Shown: positions 8,368 through 10,655 of the stretch, piece by piece
How the letters are laid out: every line of letters starts with the position of its first letter
Numbering within the stretch: the stretch's first letter is position 1
NCBI GenBank assembly: GCA_047611865.1
Contig: JBLFWS010000115.1
Location: 1 to 10,655, forward strand
DNA from: Chlamydiales bacterium
Lineage (GTDB): Bacteria; Chlamydiota; Chlamydiia; Chlamydiales; JBDQID01
Reading direction: 5' to 3'
DNA length: 10,655 nucleotides
The notes under the pieces: model-generated
The model's input: the letters and a program-made list of their open reading frames with translations, nothing else
Told to the model about the DNA's origin: nothing
The model's database searches: none
Program-made: the position numbers and the translations under genes

Positions 8368-8820
8368 ATGAAAATAGTATTGTGCCAGCCACAAATTCCG
8401 CAGAACGCGGGAAATATTGTGCGTACCTGTGCTGTTACAGGTTCATCTTTGTCAATGGTCAAGCCTTTAGGTTTTAGCACTAGTAGCCGTTATCTGAAAC
8501 GGGCAGGACTAGACTATTGGGAGGGAGTAAATGTAGATATTTGCGAATCTTTCGAGGAAATTACTGAATCAGAAAAGGGCAAGGTCTACTTTTTTTCAAG
8601 TAAAGCAGAGAAGCCCTATACTGAAATTTCCTTTCAGGAAGAGGATATTCTCGTATTCGGTTCAGAAACAACGGGATTGCCCCCGGAGTATTTAGCGGAA
8701 TGGCCGGATCGTTTTTATAGTATCCCTATGATTGCTGATGCTCGTTGTCTTAATCTTTCGAATTCAGTGGCAATAGTTGTGTATGAAGCTTGGAGACAGC
8801 AAGGGTTTAGCCAAAAATGA
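8368..8820 (+). CDS. trmL: tRNA (cytidine/uridine(34)-2'-O)-methyltransferase TrmL (SpoU/YibK family)
   Basis: Motifs IVLCQPQIPQNAGNIVRTC, PLGF..LKRAGLDYW, LVFGSETTGLP and IPM..RCLNLSNSVAIVVYEAWRQ; 150-aa stand-alone SPOUT domain. Confidence 0.95.
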   Translation: MKIVLCQPQIPQNAGNIVRTCAVTGSSLSMVKPLGFSTSSRYLKRAGLDYWEGVNVDICESFEEITESEKGKVYFFSSKAEKPYTEISFQEEDILVFGSETTGLPPEYLAEWPDRFYSIPMIADARCLNLSNSVAIVVYEAWRQQGFSQK

Positions 8821-8833
8821 GATGGACAGAGCT

Positions 8834-9001
8834 CTAGTACTTCATTTCAATCCGATTTTCGGGTTGAGCACCGATCTTTTACCGCCTAGCAAACTGTGGA
8901 GATCTCACTAACACCAAATGGGTTGGTTTCGATCTCCACAGTTCACCAGACGGAAAAATATCAGCACCCAACCCGAAAATCTAATTGAAATGAAGTACTA
9001 G
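8834..9001 (-). mobile_element. Long rod-like palindromic element (MITE-like or ncRNA), CTAG at both ends
   Basis: Ungapped arms 8834-8904 / 8931-9001 (71 positions) give 59 Watson-Crick pairs, 9 A-C/C-A oppositions (G-U on the minus strand) and 3 true mismatches. CTAG lies at 8834-8837 and 8998-9001. The strand call rests on the wobble bias. Confidence 0.65.
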
Positions 9002-9035
9002 TATGACAAGATATTTTAATAGGATTATAAAAAAT

Positions 9036-9617
9036 ATGTCACAATTTAAATCAAAATTTATGAGCATCCTCAAGCGGCAGATATATTCATTGACGCTGAT
9101 AAATAGAATATTTATGAATGCTCTAGATCGTCAGGGATGGCCTTGGTGGAATCAAATTGATGACAATATAATCCTTGGAGGCATACCCCTAAAAAATAAA
9201 GGGCACGTGAGTACAATGATTTCCGAACTAGGTGTTCAAGCTGTTTTATCTCTCAATGAAAGTTTCGAATTGCGCACAAATGGTTTATTCAGCGAGCCTG
9301 TTTCCCCTGAAGATTGGATCGGCGAGGGTGTCGAGCACCTGCATATAGAGACTCCTGATTTTTGTCCTATGACACAAGAAGATATAAGCCGAGGCGTAGA
9401 TTTCGTTTGTGAACAGGTTGCACAGAAAAGAAAAGTCTATGTCCACTGTAAAGCCGGTCGTGGTAGAAGTGCTACCATTGTGATCTGCTACCTAATGAAG
9501 ACAAAAAAAGTTACCCCTGATTCGGCACTGATTTTTGTAAAAGGGAAAAGACCTTTAACGAGTCCCAATGTTCGGCAAATGGAGAGTATTAGGGAGTATC
9601 ACTCAAGTTATTGCTGA
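9036..9617 (+). CDS. PTPMT1-like dual-specificity / phosphatidylglycerophosphate phosphatase
   Basis: CX5R loop VYVHCKAGRGRSATIVICYLM, general-acid loop ETPDF, and N-terminal WWNQIDDNIILGGIP and VLSLNESFE motifs typical of PTPMT1 proteins. ATG 9036 is preferred (AGGA at 9021-9024); ATG 9003 abuts the palindromic element and is an alternative. Confidence 0.85.
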   Translation: MSQFKSKFMSILKRQIYSLTLINRIFMNALDRQGWPWWNQIDDNIILGGIPLKNKGHVSTMISELGVQAVLSLNESFELRTNGLFSEPVSPEDWIGEGVEHLHIETPDFCPMTQEDISRGVDFVCEQVAQKRKVYVHCKAGRGRSATIVICYLMKTKKVTPDSALIFVKGKRPLTSPNVRQMESIREYHSSYC

Positions 9618-9758
9618 ATTATTTAGAGGATCTATTGTGGATAGTTTGGAAAGTGTTGAGAAAAAAATATTTTTATTTTTGAAGGCATTTGTGGCCTTTC
9701 ATTTGTAGTGATAAGCCTGTTGGTAAAAGGCATACTGGAAATCTTTTGAAAATTGAGC

Positions 9759-9822
9759 CTCACAGACATAAAAACAAAAAAGCCACAATTTATTGTGGCT
9801 TTTTTGTTTTTATGCCTGTGAG
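9759..9822. terminator. Bidirectional intrinsic terminator with unusually long perfect arms
   Basis: Arms 9759-9789 / 9792-9822 match at 30 of 31 positions. The core GCCACAA-ttta-TTGTGGC has an A-tract before and a T-tract after, and lies between convergent ORFs. Confidence 0.85.
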
Positions 9823-9840
9823 TAGAATCGACTCGATCAC

Positions 9841-10095
9841 TTACGCTGCAGCAGCTGCCAGGAAGAGATTGGGCATCTTTTTCGAGAGCTCTACAAAAGG
9901 CTTGTCCTCGGACTTTTCTTTTGTGATCAAGTTAACCACAGGATCATATGCTGCAAAGCTAATGTCCTTTAGAGCTATACTCTTGGAAATGAGCGCTGCA
10001 CCACATTTTAAACCAGGAACTGGTAAGTAGCTGTCGATGACTAACATTGCAACACAGGTGACATTAGCGGCAGTGTCAATATGGCCATTCTTCAA
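9841..10095 (-). CDS. Small hypothetical protein (84 aa from TTG, or 68 aa from the internal ATG at 10047) ending in LFLAAAAA
   Basis: Open frame with higher GC than the AT-rich flanks, a stop 18 nt before the terminator hairpin, and an AT-rich divergent promoter-like region upstream. Start codon uncertain; no family recognised. Confidence 0.5.
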   Translation of the reverse strand: MKNGHIDTAANVTCVAMLVIDSYLPVPGLKCGAALISKSIALKDISFAAYDPVVNLITKEKSEDKPFVELSKKMPNLFLAAAAA

Positions 10096-10106
10096 TCACG
10101 AGTGGT

Positions 10107-10141
10107 ATACAATTGTATTATTTTTTGTATTATTTTTTGTA
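10107..10141. promoter_or_regulatory. 12-bp palindrome overlapping a 12-bp tandem repeat in the divergent intergenic region
   Basis: ATACAATTGTAT (10107-10118) is a perfect palindrome. GTATTATTTTTT occurs twice plus GTA (10115-10141), with a further partial copy GTATTATTT at 10162-10170. A regulatory role is inferred only. Confidence 0.35.
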
Positions 10142-10242
10142 GAAAAAAAACTTCTTTTTTAGTATTATTTCGTCCTCAATATTAAGTTAAACTAAATTTG
10201 TAAAAGATTAATGAAACAAAAAAATAACATTAAGGCCCTACT

Positions 10243-10655
10243 ATGTCTATGACTGCTCTCCCTTCTGTAGCTAACCAACAGCTTATCCAGAGTTCTAGTG
10301 TCGATGAAAGACTGAACCTTGCACTTTCTCCTAATAGCCCTCTCTGCAACGAGGAACGACTTCAATTGATGACTCAGCTGTTTGCAAATACGGTAAGGTC
10401 CGTTCAAACTTTAGAAGAGAATTCTAGACATGATAATGAGCGGATTATTGCTTTGAATGGTAGTGTTCAAAATTTGTCTCAGGAATGTCAGAATGAAAGA
10501 GAAATTTCAGAGGAAAGAGGAAGGAGAGTTGAAGAATTAGAAGCAATTGAGGCAAACCGTGTCGAGTTGGAAGAGAGAAAAAAAGCAATTTCCGAAAGAA
10601 AGGAGCTTGCTGTTGATCTAATCAAGATTGAAGGTCAATTTAAAAAAATGACAAT
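10243..10655 (+). CDS. Hypothetical coiled-coil protein, 3'-truncated (absent from the supplied ORF track)
   Basis: ATG at 10243 opens a frame with no stop to the window end: MSMTALPSVANQQLIQSSSVDERLNLALSPNSPLCNEERLQLMTQLFANTVRSVQTLEENSRHDNERIIALNGSVQNLSQECQNEREISEERGRRVEELEAIEANRVELEERKKAISERKELAVDLIKIEGQFKKMT... The downstream part is E/R/K-rich and heptad-like. Confidence 0.8.
   Translation, partial: MSMTALPSVANQQLIQSSSVDERLNLALSPNSPLCNEERLQLMTQLFANTVRSVQTLEENSRHDNERIIALNGSVQNLSQECQNEREISEERGRRVEELEAIEANRVELEERKKAISERKELAVDLIKIEGQFKKMT

Noticed and set aside
6544..8477. ORFs 6544-6777, 6862-7104, 7670-7852 and 8211-8477
   Set aside because: They are shadow frames overlapping aspS, mip or trmL, and 8211-8477 also crosses a terminator.
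9689..10030. 113-aa plus-strand ORF
   Set aside because: It reads through the terminator hairpin and is antisense to the better-supported minus-strand ORF; the ending PHFKPG resembles HU/IHF only by chance, as the rest of that fold is absent.
9700..10095. tmRNA (ssrA) gene, suggested by the ...LAAAAA-stop ending on the minus strand
   Set aside because: No GGGG 5' acceptor end and no T-arm or CCA 3' end are visible, and a terminator follows 18 nt after the stop, leaving no room for the rest of a tmRNA.
10192..10407. 71-aa minus-strand ORF
   Set aside because: It is antisense to the longer open frame starting at 10243, which has a more protein-like composition.

Overview
Bacterial genomic window, most likely from an environmental member of the Chlamydiae: the order hisS-aspS-mip-trmL matches the conserved chlamydial cluster. 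It opens inside a large gene, truncated at the 5' end, that encodes an extremely acidic, repeat-rich N-terminal region, one transmembrane helix and a large unknown C-terminal domain. After the housekeeping cluster come a eukaryote-like PTPMT1-type phosphatase, a small minus-strand ORF ending in an ssrA-like LAAAAA, and a 3'-truncated coiled-coil ORF missing from the ORF track. The most striking unannotated features are two unrelated ~160-bp intergenic palindromic elements (5195-5360 and 8834-9001). Both have candidate target-site duplications and strand-biased G-U/G-T wobble pairs. The Mip homolog also has a degenerate PPIase active site and an acidic tail. All analysis was by eye; no searches were run.
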